From Tubiluchus corallicola (taxonomy: Eukaryota > Animalia > Priapulida), in contig JAQGDQ010000049.1 of the NCBI GenBank assembly GCA_030141605.1, forward strand, positions 558,001 to 622,000: a stretch of 64,000 nt of DNA. Direction: 5' to 3'. Positions 1 to 32,500 of the stretch are shown here, in pieces. The notes below the pieces were generated by a model. That model saw only the letters and a list, made by a program, of their open reading frames with translations, ran no database searches and was not told where the DNA came from. Made by a program: the position numbers and the translations under genes. Positions within the stretch are counted from its first letter, which is position 1; the number at the start of each line of letters is the position of its first letter.

Positions 1-152
1 TCTACGTTCGCCGCTGTACTAATGTGTTATGTGCTATACTAATCAATCATAACCATCTGACTTTTCTTGAGTAACATTTTCTTAGCATATAAAGATTTTT
101 GATGTATGGTCTTTGGTATTACTGTAACGTATCTGTGTAATTAATGATGCAG

Positions 153-19975
<19,823 letters not shown>

Positions 19976-21164
19976 TTGGTATTTCAATGTGCAACGTTAT
20001 TAGTAAACATTTCACCTAAAATTGTAACTGAAGCTGCTAAGATGTAATTGGTGCGCCAGAGGATGCAAATTAAAGAGTACCCACAGCTGAGAAGCTTTTC
20101 ATGGCACTTCCCATTCTCATTGGTTTGTCAGATAAGAAAAGGCTTGCAAGTAGTTGTTTTGATAAAGCCAGGATTTGATATGAAAGACTAATACATAATA
20201 TTTATATCGATATTACGTAAATAAAACCACATGGTTTAATAGATCTATCGTCAACTCTGTATAAGCTCAACAAAATTTTTCATTCATCGTAGCCTGTTTC
20301 GGTGCTTTGTTTTCTAATAAGAAAAAAACTTTTTTGTTATAGTAATGCGCGTTACAAATATTCTCATGTTGTACCTAACTGATAATTAGCTACAATTTAC
20401 CTGAAAAAAGGATAAAATTAACTTTGACATGATAACGGAACCCCGTGCATAGAGAATTTAGTGAAATTGTTAGGTTGCTCTTCAACAGTTTTAATTATCG
20501 TAATGTTGCAAATTACAGAATTACGAATAAAAATACGTTTATGTTAATTTAACCTACAATGTTAAAACATAACATATTTTAATTATTACTTTTTATAAAT
20601 AATTTATTACTACGATTGTCATTTTCACCCAATCCGTGTTTATATTACTTCGTATGCCAATGAGTTTTTTGCAGCTAGATTTTCAAATTATTAACGAATC
20701 AGTTACATTATTTCATATCCATTTGTAATAACAGTTATTATGTTCTGCATCATAAGTACTTTCTACAGAAGCACATCATTGATAATGATATTTTCTATAC
20801 TGTAAAGGAATGTGTAACTGTATTATCTTGAAGATACACTTACAACTTGTTGTTATGCCTGAAATAAAATTCCATAATTCATATTCATGCATTTCATGAC
20901 TTTATCATTTTGAGGTGTGTATGGGTATAATGATGTGTAATTTATGAGTATTAATGATACTAATTACCTCTATTAGCACATAAATTAAAATACGTTGTAC
21001 ACAAGTAAAAAAACATAAAACACACAAAAACATGCATAAAAGGGACTTGCAAAATATACGTGAGGACTGTCCAAGACATACGAGAGTATTTCATTATTAT
21101 TATTATCAATAATGATAATAATATTTATCATTAATAACAGAGAGCTCATGCGTGAGCACGGCGG

Positions 21165-21477
21165 TAAATTTAAAATTTCAATTTTTATCTTAAAATTTGC
21201 CGAGTTTTTCATATCACACTGAATGTTGTACAATAGCATCGCACCCAATTTTCGCTTTCACAAACACGTTCAACACGCCCTTGGAATGTTTGTGATGTTG
21301 AAATTTGAGTTCGTTTGTGGCGTCATCACTAGCTGTGCTCGCTAGCCGTTAATTAATTTTTAACCTATTATTTAATTATCAGAACTGCTTTAGCATTCTT
21401 TTATTGGTTAAAAAGTGTACATTTTACCATACTTCAAAATGGGGTAGGATATGAAAATTCGTCCTGTTTTGCTTTAA
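21165..21477. mobile_element. Partial inverted copy of family B TTAA element
   Basis: cttaaaatttgccgagttttt...ttttcgctttcacaaacacgt...cctgttttgctttaa matches 7934-8245 reversed. Confidence 0.6.
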
Positions 21478-21799
21478 ATTGGTGTATTGCATCATTAGCT
21501 AATTATGACGCGTCTGTGCCAGAATGTTCCTTCATTCCAGAAGTTATCTTGAAAGGCAGAATATACAATATTTTTAATGATATTCGAAAGACGTGTGCAA
21601 CATGTGTTGAATGGTCTTGAATGTGCGGGTGCATGAAGCTACTACATGAAAAAATAATACTGACCTGTGGCACAGGACATAAATAATTATGCTAGCTTGA
21701 TTAGAAGATTGTCAATTGATTGGGCAATGCTTTGGTGCAATAAATTGTTTGTGCTGTTACTCGTTATTTTTGTATTTTCTCGGAAAATGATTATGTTAC

Positions 21800-22030
21800 A
21801 TCTTGTCACATTTTGGATGCGAGCTAATCAACTGTCTATAAATTATTCCAAAACTAAATACATGCTGCAGCCCCCCACCCCCCAATAAAAAAATATGTCA
21901 TTAAATTTAACAATGGGATCAACTAAGTTGCAACTTGTCGAGCAAATTAAATACTTAGGTGTGTTATTTTATTCCAATTATTTTCAGCCTATTTAGAGTA
22001 CAGCATACTAACCTATGGATCAGCACCAAC
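21800..22030 (+). mobile_element. Degenerate LINE reverse-transcriptase fragment
   Basis: WMRANQLSINYSKTKYM ... VEQIKYLGVLF, broken by stop and deletion. Confidence 0.65.
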
Positions 22031-22764
22031 ACCCACCTCGCGTCCCGATGTACGTTTGATGCTCATCCTAATTTATGGAGATTATAAGTCCTAGCATCAT
22101 TCTAGCAGAGCTACTATATTCCAGTTCAGGCTGGGCAAATAAACGTAACTTGAAAAGAATGAGAAATGGTTACTACTGTAGTAGAAGTTCCATATTGCAA
22201 AAATCAAAAATGCTAAAATTGAATTAAAATGTAATTTAATTCTATTGTACGTATGCTTGCATTATTGTTTGTCATGTTTCTCGCGCTATTAGTTTTACCT
22301 AGTAAGCACGTGTAGTACTAGCTTGCAGTAACTTTATCGAAAGAGTTAATGTGTAATTGAATTTTACTTTTAGCATTCAGTTTGCACTTGTAAGTCAATA
22401 ATATGGCAGAGTTGCTGTCAGTTTAAGCGACTTTGCTAATGGAAGTTTCTTGAAAGAAAGAAAGTATGCCTTGTAACAAATTTAGAAGTAGTCAGTTCCC
22501 TTCCTATGTATGTGAACATGTTTGCTCGTCATTTGACTAAGGTTTTGACCAAATGAAAAAATTGATTGTATCAGCATTTATTTTTGATTAAATCTTTACT
22601 TATTTAACTCAAGATTTTAATGCAATGAAAGTACTGCTTTACTGTGATACTAAGTAATTTCTTAACGTGTTAAACATCTAGATTGTGAATAAATTCTATC
22701 CTAAACATTTAGAGGCTCAGCTTATTTAATAATAATAATAATAACCTTTATTTACAAACTGCTT

Positions 22765-23460
22765 TTGGATTTTTTTAATAATCTTCTGAAATTGAATGTG
22801 AAGCATTACAATACACGTTATAATTATTATTATCTAGGTTATGTTCGTACTAATGGTGCCAAGCATTTTGTCAAATTCTATGGACCTCTGATTTGGAATT
22901 ATCTACCTGACAACATTAAAAATCAACATACTATTTCCAAGTTTAAAAAAAATGTGAAAAGAATTCATATTAAACCATAATTCTAATATATTCCACATGT
23001 AATTACTTTTAAACTCATCTTCCAAAGTAATTAATCTAAGTAAGTGTAGAAGAGGAAGAAAAATAAAGAGAAGAAGTAAGAAGAAGTAAATTAATTCATC
23101 ACCTGTTAGGTGTGCCCGGTTGTCTCCTCTGTTGTACATTTGTCTCCCCAGTTGGTTGCTATGGCTCATTAATGCTAATTCCTATGCATATTTTAATGTA
23201 AACATAATCATCACATCATTTCATTCTCCATTGTTTCACCATCTTTCTCGCCACATCTTCACATTCATAACCTTTCGTGATTTTCCTCTTTTATTTTGCA
23301 CCTCCTGCACCCCATTATTCCATATCGCCTTTTCGGCTCAGATCTCATAAGTTTTACTTTTGATCTGAGCCGATAATTTGTCTTACTCATTGTAATTGAT
23401 GTCATTTTTATGTAAACTGGCTTTTGGAATAAATAAACTAAACTAACCTAAAACTAAACT
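22765..23460 (+). mobile_element. LINE (CR1/L2 group) 3' fragment with 3' UTR
   Basis: HYNTR...VRTNGAKHFVKFYGPLIWNYLPDNIKNQHTISKFKKNVK; ends in aataaa and (ctaaa)n. Confidence 0.65.
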
Positions 23461-23715
23461 AAAGTTGGCTTTAAATTCAACAGACAACACAAGCCTGCCA
23501 TGAAGCTTTTATCGTCGACTGTAAATAACAAACCACACCTACATAACAGAGATTATCATTAGTTACCCCACTTGTACCCTAAATACCATGAGCCAAGCAG
23601 GGCAACAGCATGTACCATTTTTTTAAAGACTTTGGTATTACCTGGCCACAGTATTAAACTCATAACCTCTCAGATGAAAAGCGGACGCATTACCTCTAGA
23701 CTATACCATCTGGTC
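23461..23715 (-). mobile_element. tRNA-derived SINE, same family as 40791-41076
   Basis: Reverse complement gaccagatggtatagtctagaggtaatgcgtccgc...taccaaagtctttaaaaaaatggtacatgctgttgccctgc...tttacagtcgacgataaaagc aligns along the other copy. Confidence 0.85.
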
Positions 23716-23966
23716 AATTTCTGAGAATGAGAATTCTCAACCAGTCCTGGCTTGGTTTAACTTGGATCACAAGGCACATGCTCGTGGCCACTTCGTTGTT
23801 TACTTTACTACGTTAGGGCATTGACTGTATGAGCCCTAATGTCACAAACTCCAAATTAATAAAGACAATAAAGAAGTAAGTCATTTTAAATGATATTGAT
23901 GACTCGTCTAAAGGACATATAACTGAGGCATGTATAGGTATACACTATTTCGTCATAGCGGTAATA

Positions 23967-25302
23967 CAGTAAGCTCCGTTTATTAGACTCACGGTTAATA
24001 GAATCAGTCCCTAATTAACTCAAAAACATCTGGTATGGGCCATTCCTGTTCAAATGCATATAAAAACTGTTGGTGATTGACTCATATAATTCCACATAAT
24101 TGACTCAATATTTTTCTTTCACATATTTACAATAAGGCGCTTGTGTGACCAATAAGCTTTTATGACTTCTGTGTAGAAACAGTCATGTTAAGTGCCATTT
24201 TGTTTATAAGCAGGAACATTTATCATATGCTAATATGCTAGCCTAGCAGTTTTGCTTTGGCCCTCACATCCACTGCAATTATCCTTGTTACCCAAGAATT
24301 TCTGGAAGCTAAATATTTAATCACTTGCTTTTGAAACTCTCGCTGCCTTTCACACAACATTTAATCAGTTAACTGTTACTGCTATGCCGGGATGCAGGTA
24401 CAATACAATAAAGTGTTGCAAAATTGCGGGTAGATTACCGTGCAAACTCGAATGCTTGAATGATAGCTGTGTTGTTTAATGACTGGTTAGTGAAATGGAA
24501 TGCAAGCTTAAAGTGAAACATTATTAAACTGATAGCCAATTGCACTACCCATGCAGTCAACACATTATTAAAACACATTAAAGTTGTGTTTTTACCCATT
24601 AAACATTACATGGCTCACTCAGCCATGTGATCAAGGCATTATTCTAACACTAAAGGCTTAATTTAGAAAAAAAATGCGGACAAGAGTTTTAGAAGCGAAG
24701 CATTATGATGAAGCAACTTCCCAATTAAGCGCAAATTGACCTGGCTAAAAAACTAGCCTTCTCAACGCACTACACTTTTTGGCTATGTCCTGCAGTAGTG
24801 TCACTGAACACACATGTTGCAGAACTGCTTCACTCATGCTAGATTCACTCATGTGAATAAAACTGACAATGAAATTCTTACATTGCAAGAAATAGGCCTA
24901 ACTGCACCACCTGATATGAGCAACAACAAGTTTGAGACCTGGATTGAAATTGATTCAGCTATACAGGTCACCTCGTCAATAACTGATGATGAAATGATCG
25001 CGATAGCAAGTGGGTGCTTAGGCAAAACTACAGACAAAGCTACTTGAGTGGAAACACGGAGCCAAGAACTATTTTACGAGAATTAGTTAAGAAAACTTTT
25101 TTAATTTCTTTTCTATTAATTCATTTTATAGATTAATATTTTTAAATAACTACAGAGAAATTTAGGCATTACTTCATTTCTAAAATCAGTAAAAGCCTTT
25201 GCATATGCTAAGCTGATGATTCGTAGTTCTGTACTACATCTGTCGATTAATTGGATTAAAAAACTTCCGTCCCGAAGTGAGTCTATTAAGCGGCTCCTAC
25301 TG
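23967..25302 (+). mobile_element. Defective Tigger/pogo-type DNA transposon
   Basis: TA|cagtaagctccgtttattagactcac ... gtgagtctattaagcggctcctactg|TA terminal inverted repeats; internal broken DDE_1 transposase KVVFLP/NITWLTQPCDQGIILTLKA*FRK near 24580-24670. Confidence 0.85.
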
Positions 25303-25862
25303 TATTACATTTTTCGAGAATAAGGTTTAGCCATCTAAAGGAGTTCAAGTGCAGAGTTCTGTGATATCTTCAGCTACAGAATAATTACATTAAAAACAAC
25401 AGTAAATGAAAACAATTTCAATGGATATGCTGATTATTCTGACAAACTGAACAACATTGAGCATTACTTTTCATTAAGGATTCAATAAGAAGACAGCAAA
25501 TATCTCAGTAGTTTAAGAAAACAGATATATTTTAATAATACCAGATACTAGGTATCTGGTAGATATATATGCTAGTCATTTATTGTCAGATCTTCTGCAT
25601 ATTGTCTATGCTGCTTTTGGTCTTGCTTGCCTCTAGCATCTGAACGTTAACCTGTAGGCATTGATTAATTACTTAAATTATTTTCTTACAGTCTCTGTAA
25701 CTCATCTATATTTGTTTTAGGTTATTCATTAGCAATGGTAGCAGCTGTTACGCATCATAATGCAACTATGGTGCAGCCAGATGCAGCTAACAGCTAATAA
25801 ATTATGACGAAAGCTTTACAACATTTTAACAATATGTGCCAAATCTTTCTTTTCGTGCCAAG

Positions 25863-26516
25863 ATGTTTAAATGGATATGTCATGGACATGCGAACTTGCT
25901 GATTTATAATGTGATAGCTGTTCACCTGTGCTTTATCAAATTCAATTTTGGTGCTTATATTAAAAATAAACCTCCCTCTTCTACTAGCACCAGAAACATG
26001 TTTTCCTCGTATCCTTTAACGTGGGCAGTTCGTCTCTATGATGATGATGGTGTGGAGCCTGACATGAAATTTGCTAAACATGTGGCAACAGAGGCAGGGC
26101 TAGTGTACAGAGGACGGGTTGGACAACTACAGGACACCTACTTATTTCAATTTCTATTTCATTCTAATCGTTCAGTTATAGTAGCAACAGCCATGGAACA
26201 AGTTTTGAACACATCTAATGATTGTACCATTGAAAGCAGCAACAAAACAAGAGAAAAGAAATGTGGAAAGACGACCCGACGGAAGATACAGCGCCACTGC
26301 CTGCGAAAATTTGTTGAGCAAAACCTTGCTTTGCTACTAGCATCTGATTATTACTCTGATTTGTGTAAAGAAACTGCAAAGAAGCTAGTCAAAGTTATTG
26401 AAACCAAGTTGATATCTCACCCACACATTGTATGGTTTGAAAGACAGGTGCCTCGTACAAGACATCCCAGATCACTCGAATTTCAAGATCCAGCATTTCC
26501 AGAACAGTGGCATCTG
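25863..26516 (+). CDS. PCSK7: PCSK7 coding exon 1: signal peptide and prodomain
   Basis: ATG at 25863 (MFKWICHG...), [38 protein letters not shown]|gtaag; likely acceptor at 25720 implies an upstream non-coding exon. Confidence 0.88.
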
Positions 26517-29500
26517 GTAAGCTTAACTTGTCCCGGCAAAATTTCCACTGAATAACTATTACAAGAGAAATCCTTATGAGTAAAAAGTTATAAAATTCCA
26601 ACTTTGTAAGCATCCTTTAAGCTGATAAACAATATTATCCATATTTGGCAAATAAATGTGACTACAAAATCGAAATTATTGCTGACTGGTTTTGAACAAA
26701 ACTGTTCATTATAAACAGTGTTAATAATTTACAAATCTCAGAACATATTGTAAATTTTTAAATGTTTATATATTTGCAATAACTTGTTTTGATTATTTTA
26801 GTGCTTATGTGAATCTGTATGTGAAATATAAGGCAGTTATTTCTTGTAGATAAACAGAAAATTAAAACATAAGGACATTAATGTATCTGACATTTGGCAT
26901 TTGGGAATAACTGGCAAAGGAGTAACTGTAGCTATTATAGACGATGGTGAGTTCATTATATGCTTGTGGTTTTTGTTGTAAATTTATTATTGTATAATTT
27001 AAGTTCAACCTTTATCTTTGAATGTTCTTGTTAAGAGTTTTAATAGCATTAAAATTACAGGCTATGTGGATTTGCATTGTGATTGTTACTCTACTTCTTA
27101 ATTTAGTAGACTTATTTCTTTCGTACAATTACGTGATTGATCTCGTCTGCATCCAGATACATTATAAACTGTAATTCGATGTTGATAGACTGCTGGGCAA
27201 ATCTAATAACTTGTAGAGTAATTTCTGAGTCTGAAAACTCTAGTGCTTTTGAGATGTAATAGTTGACGTAGCTGCAAAAACAGCAGAAAGCCATTGGTTG
27301 AAGTCCCAGTGCAAAATTTTTCACAGTTTCTAATTTAGTATTGCTTTTGTGCATTTAGTATTTCTTTTGTGTATTATATAGTGTATATTTTCCTAATCGT
27401 TGTGTTACAAGAATACTGTGATCTTTCAGTAACTTATCATCTGTAGTTATCATTTTGTTATAGAATAGTTTAACAGGAATGTCAACAAATAACTGTGTAC
27501 TTGTAATTTCTCCCATGGTAGTTTCTTGACAAAAACCTCGGTTTTATAAGTTATTTTTGGTTTGCCATTTTTGCAAAGTTTGTTGTTTTGTAGCTTTTTG
27601 TGTGAATAGTCTGCTACCGTTGCTAAAGTGCTTGTGAAGTTTGCTCGTCATTAATAAAAAATGCTGATTTTGCAGGTGTAGAGTGGACTAATCCAGACAT
27701 CCATGATAATTATAATGCAGCTGCTAGTTGGGATCTGAATGATGATGATGGTAATCCCATGCCAAGTGAACATAGCGGTAAAATACTGTTGACTTAGGCT
27801 ATAGACACAGTTTAAAATGAAACTAAATTAATTTCTCTCGTGCAGTTTTACTCACAGAATGTTGCACAGTTAGCTATACTATCTATGTTATGCTATGCTA
27901 TACTATACTACACTACACTACACTACACTACACTACACTACACTACACTACACTACACTACACTACACTACACTACACTACACTGTACTGTGCTGTGCTG
28001 TGCTGTGCTATGCCCTGTGCTGTGCTATGCTATGCTATGATATGATATATGCTATGCTATGCTAGGCTAGGCTAGGCTAGGCTATACTATACTGTACTGT
28101 ACTGTACTGTACTGTACTGTACTATACTATTTTGCAACCTTTGGATATTCAGTAAAAAATCTCATACTTGAAGCTCTTTTGTTGCAGAGATAATGCAATT
28201 TATACGATAAAGTGAGGACAAAGTTACAGTTAGCATTTAAAATACAAGTTGAATGCAATAAAATTGACAAGCATGCTAACTGATGAAAGGAAAAAGACCA
28301 GTTGGAATTAAATCTAATGAATGTTACACAAATGATGGATGGTATTGTAACACTATCAACTGTAGTTTTGTACTTCTTAAGAGTTATGAATTTAGTTAAG
28401 AACAAATGTTATTAGATGAATTATGTTGATAGCTGAAATGACGACGCTGCTTTCAGATCATAACAGGCATGGTACACGTTGTGCGGGTGAGATTGGTGCA
28501 GTTGCTAACAATTTCTGTGGAGTAGGCGTCGCTTACGAAAGCAAAATCTCAGGTAAATAATTTTTAAATGTTTCATCAAGAATGTAAGTAGTGCATGTTA
28601 TTCCGTTTTTGGATGTGTAGCGTAAATATGGCTTTTATATGAAAACCACGCAGGTTGAAGCCGGCCACTAAACCATTAACTAATAACAAAAGCGGCACTC
28701 ACCCACGGCCCGCTACATCTTACAGCAGCTGAGATCACTGTTGAGCTGTTGCATTATATATCGGGGCTGATAATCTGTAACGCAGTTACTGTAGATAATA
28801 ACACGGAAAAATATTTACTTATGTGTTCTCCCACTGCTGAGCATTCATGGTGATTTAACATGCTTTGGTAGTTTTGCAGCACTTTAAGTAATACCGAGCA
28901 AAATTATTATATGTTTTATCACTGAATGTACACAGAGTTTTGTAATTTGAAATAATTTCATGCTCATATTTTCAATTGTAAATGTGATTATAATTCAATA
29001 AAGAGTACTGCATTGTCAGTGTAAAGTGGCATGTATCAGACATCCGAAATGTGTTATGCGTTATCCACCTGCGGAAAAAATCAATAGCTGCAGAAAAATA
29101 ATGCATAATGCAGGTCTGACAAACGAGTGTGTTGAAGACAATGTAAACCAATTTTATCTATTCTGCATCCGTATAAGGCAATCATGTTCCGGATGCTTTT
29201 TAAATGCTATTTAAGTCGGATATAGTGTTATAAGAAATTTTTTAAATTTCCTTTGTTGACTTTTAAGATCAGCCACTTGCATTGTTGCAGCATCTATTTT
29301 TACTCGTTGCTTCACAACGAATGCATGAATGACAGGACAGAGATAAATATAAAAGAAAGTTATGGGGCTTTTGTTTTGTGGAAATGTCTACAAGCTTGCA
29401 ACTCTCTCTCAAATGTTTTTAAGTTAAAGCATTAATTTTAGCATTAATTTGTTCAAACCACTGTGGACTTTGACAGGGTGTAGTAAAATTAATTTATACT

Positions 29501-32500
29501 TCAAATTATTATTGTATATCAAGGCCGGATTATGACTTTTTGGGCTCCTAGGCTAATGAAATTATGGGGCCTCTTCAGACGGAGCCACCCTAACTTGTTC
29601 CCACCAGTCTTAAATATTTTTATTCCTGATATATTTTAGCGACATTTACATTAATTCAAGTAAACTTATTGCAAAATCTTTAAGTAAGCTAGAATAACTA
29701 TATTTGTCAATAAAAATCTTCTTTAAGAAATACCAGTATTGCACTATTTATTGCAAACCAAATTAACAGATATTTCAACTCAACAGCAGTGAAAAAACAG
29801 ATTTTTATGAAATGTTACCAAAGTTTGAGGGCCCCAAGCTCGAGGGGCCCTAGCCTGCAAGCGTATATTGTATCAACAAATTTTCTTTTTGAACTTAATG
29901 AATCGTATAAACGTTTTTATTAGGAATAAAAGTGCTTGAGGGTCCAATGACAGACAGTCTTGAAGCAGCAGCTTTCAATATTAAGATGGAACTAAACGAC
30001 ATCTACAGCTGTAGGTAAATACATGTGACAATTTATCAAATCACTTTGTAACAAATATAGTTTATGCTGGTAGGGATATACTGAACATTTGGATCACCAA
30101 ATTTTTCCCAAAAGTACAGTAAACTTTGGGTGTAATTAGTGAAATGTTCGGTAAACTTTCAGTAATTGTAACATTTGGTGAAAATTATATTAAACAAACT
30201 GAATATTTGCTTAATACTTAACTAAAATTTATTTGAAAAAAGCTAGTTGTAAACAGGGAATACGGCACAACAGCCAGCATTCTGCTTTTTGTTTCTGTAT
30301 TCAAATGATTCAAATGTTTCTATATATAATATGACTATTATATGATGACTGGAAAAATGGGATGCACCATCATTGCCCAACTGTGTGTCAATGTGCAATG
30401 TTGTTGATAGTGCGAAATAGTTTGAACTTTATTACGTCATAAATTTGAGCCCTAAACAAAAAAAACTCGAAAAACAAAAATTGCGTAAAATTAAAAATCT
30501 AGTTTGACCGCCTGGTAACTATTATGTTTTTTCACCACCTTATCTCAATGCATATATAACGAATTGTGCAGTCAAATGTTGTATGTATATGGAATGAGAC
30601 AAAATTAAAATTAAATCTACGTGCAGTTTGGTACAGGATTTTCAACCCTGCTCAATTTCTTTTTAGACAGGAAGGCAGTATGTTTCATGATTCACCATAG
30701 GTCCCTTTTAGTCACATAGAACACACGAAATTGCGGGAGCAATGCCAATCATGCTAATAAATTTTAGTGAGCTGCTGACAAATGATTGCTATCATTGTCC
30801 TTTTTTGTTTTTGAATATCAGTCAGGGTATAGGACAAAAATATCACAACAAACTAGGTGATTACATGAATTTGACTCAGAAATGCTTGCACACATTTGTA
30901 ATAACGATTCGCACAGACTTATGCTTGATTTGTAAAGGTTTCCACATTAGGAGTTTTGGAGTTGATAGAGATGGCAACATCATACATAACAACATCATCA
31001 ACACTAACAGTGATAAATGGGCTGTCATTATTGATGAATAAACATTAGATCAGGAATATTTTTGCAATCACTTTGTTTGTACATAGTTTTTCATGCTAAT
31101 TCCAGCTCATTGCTCTTGCTATTGCTGAGTTACCTGCGATATAGTGTAGGTTGCTAAATGTAACCAAGGTAACATTTGATTTGGTTTAATTAAACACACA
31201 AAGCAAGTTAACAATCTTACACATGTGAAGATGTGACTTGTATTTTATTGAACCAAAGATGTATATCCAAAAAAGACGTTTTTTTTAAAATTCGTTGTAA
31301 TGATTTATTTACTGTGTTAGTAAAGTTACTACTACTACTACTACTACTACTATATTTGGCTAATATCAAGTGTAATTATATCAGTACTAATAAATAACAA
31401 ATTGACCTAAACATTTCACGTTTTTGTATTTTTAAGTTGGGGTCCGGAAGATGATGGTAGAACAGTTGATGGACCTCATTACCTAGCTTCTAGGGCTCTA
31501 CTTCATGGTATTGAAACTGGTCGTCATGGTTACGGCAGTATCTTTGTTGTTGCTAGTGGTAATGGTGGTATGAACGGTGATAACTGTAACTATGATGGCT
31601 ATGCAAGCTCCCCTTATACAGTGACTATTGGTAAAGCTATAACAATTACTTTTTCCGGATGGTTGTACATTGTTAGATGACTCTGCTCACTTGGCCTAAA
31701 TTCATTTATAGTTTTGATGACCTAGTAAAGCATTAAGTAAACCTATTTGTATATTAGTTATGTTTTGTAAGTACTTAAAGGACAAAAAAGGGTTACCTGA
31801 AAGGTTTCAGAAAAATCGCCTTAAGAAATTATATTACTTTGTAGCAATGTTGTGCGTATATTATACTCGTGTTGAAAGGATTTTTTGTTTGTTTTCATTT
31901 TAAACTCCCTGCGATACTGTTCCAATGGCACCATTACATGATGTCACTTACACAAACGTAAATCAGGGAAAGACAAGTACATGCTAAACTATGTCCCAAA
32001 AAACTTTCCATGCAAAATTACATTACTTAGCTTTTCACTTACCTGCTTGAAAGACTTATGTGACTGGTAAACAAAATTATTATTTATTTAAAATGCTTTC
32101 ACCAATTGGTAAAATGTCGCTGATTCATCCTCCAGGATGCACCACTCGCTAACCAAAAACGTATTTTTAATCTTATTGACAAGATGCAATAATTTCAAGT
32201 TTACTTAGTTAATGACGTGTGCGCTACCAGTGCTCTGATTATTTTTTCAAACTTTACAGAATGTTATCTAAACTTGTTTCAAATTGCTTATCGTCAAAAA
32301 GGCTGCATCTCACAGTAATCACAGGAGTTTAAATTTACATGTTTTGTGCAGCGTTATTGCTGACACAAGTCTAATATGCAAAAAGGCAGTATGTAAATGG
32401 TATAAAATTTCGAGAAAATTTTTAAGCCCTATGTAAGTTGAGGGTTTTCTTGCACTTTAAACCTGGTGCATCGCTATCATACTTTCATTTAATCCTATCA

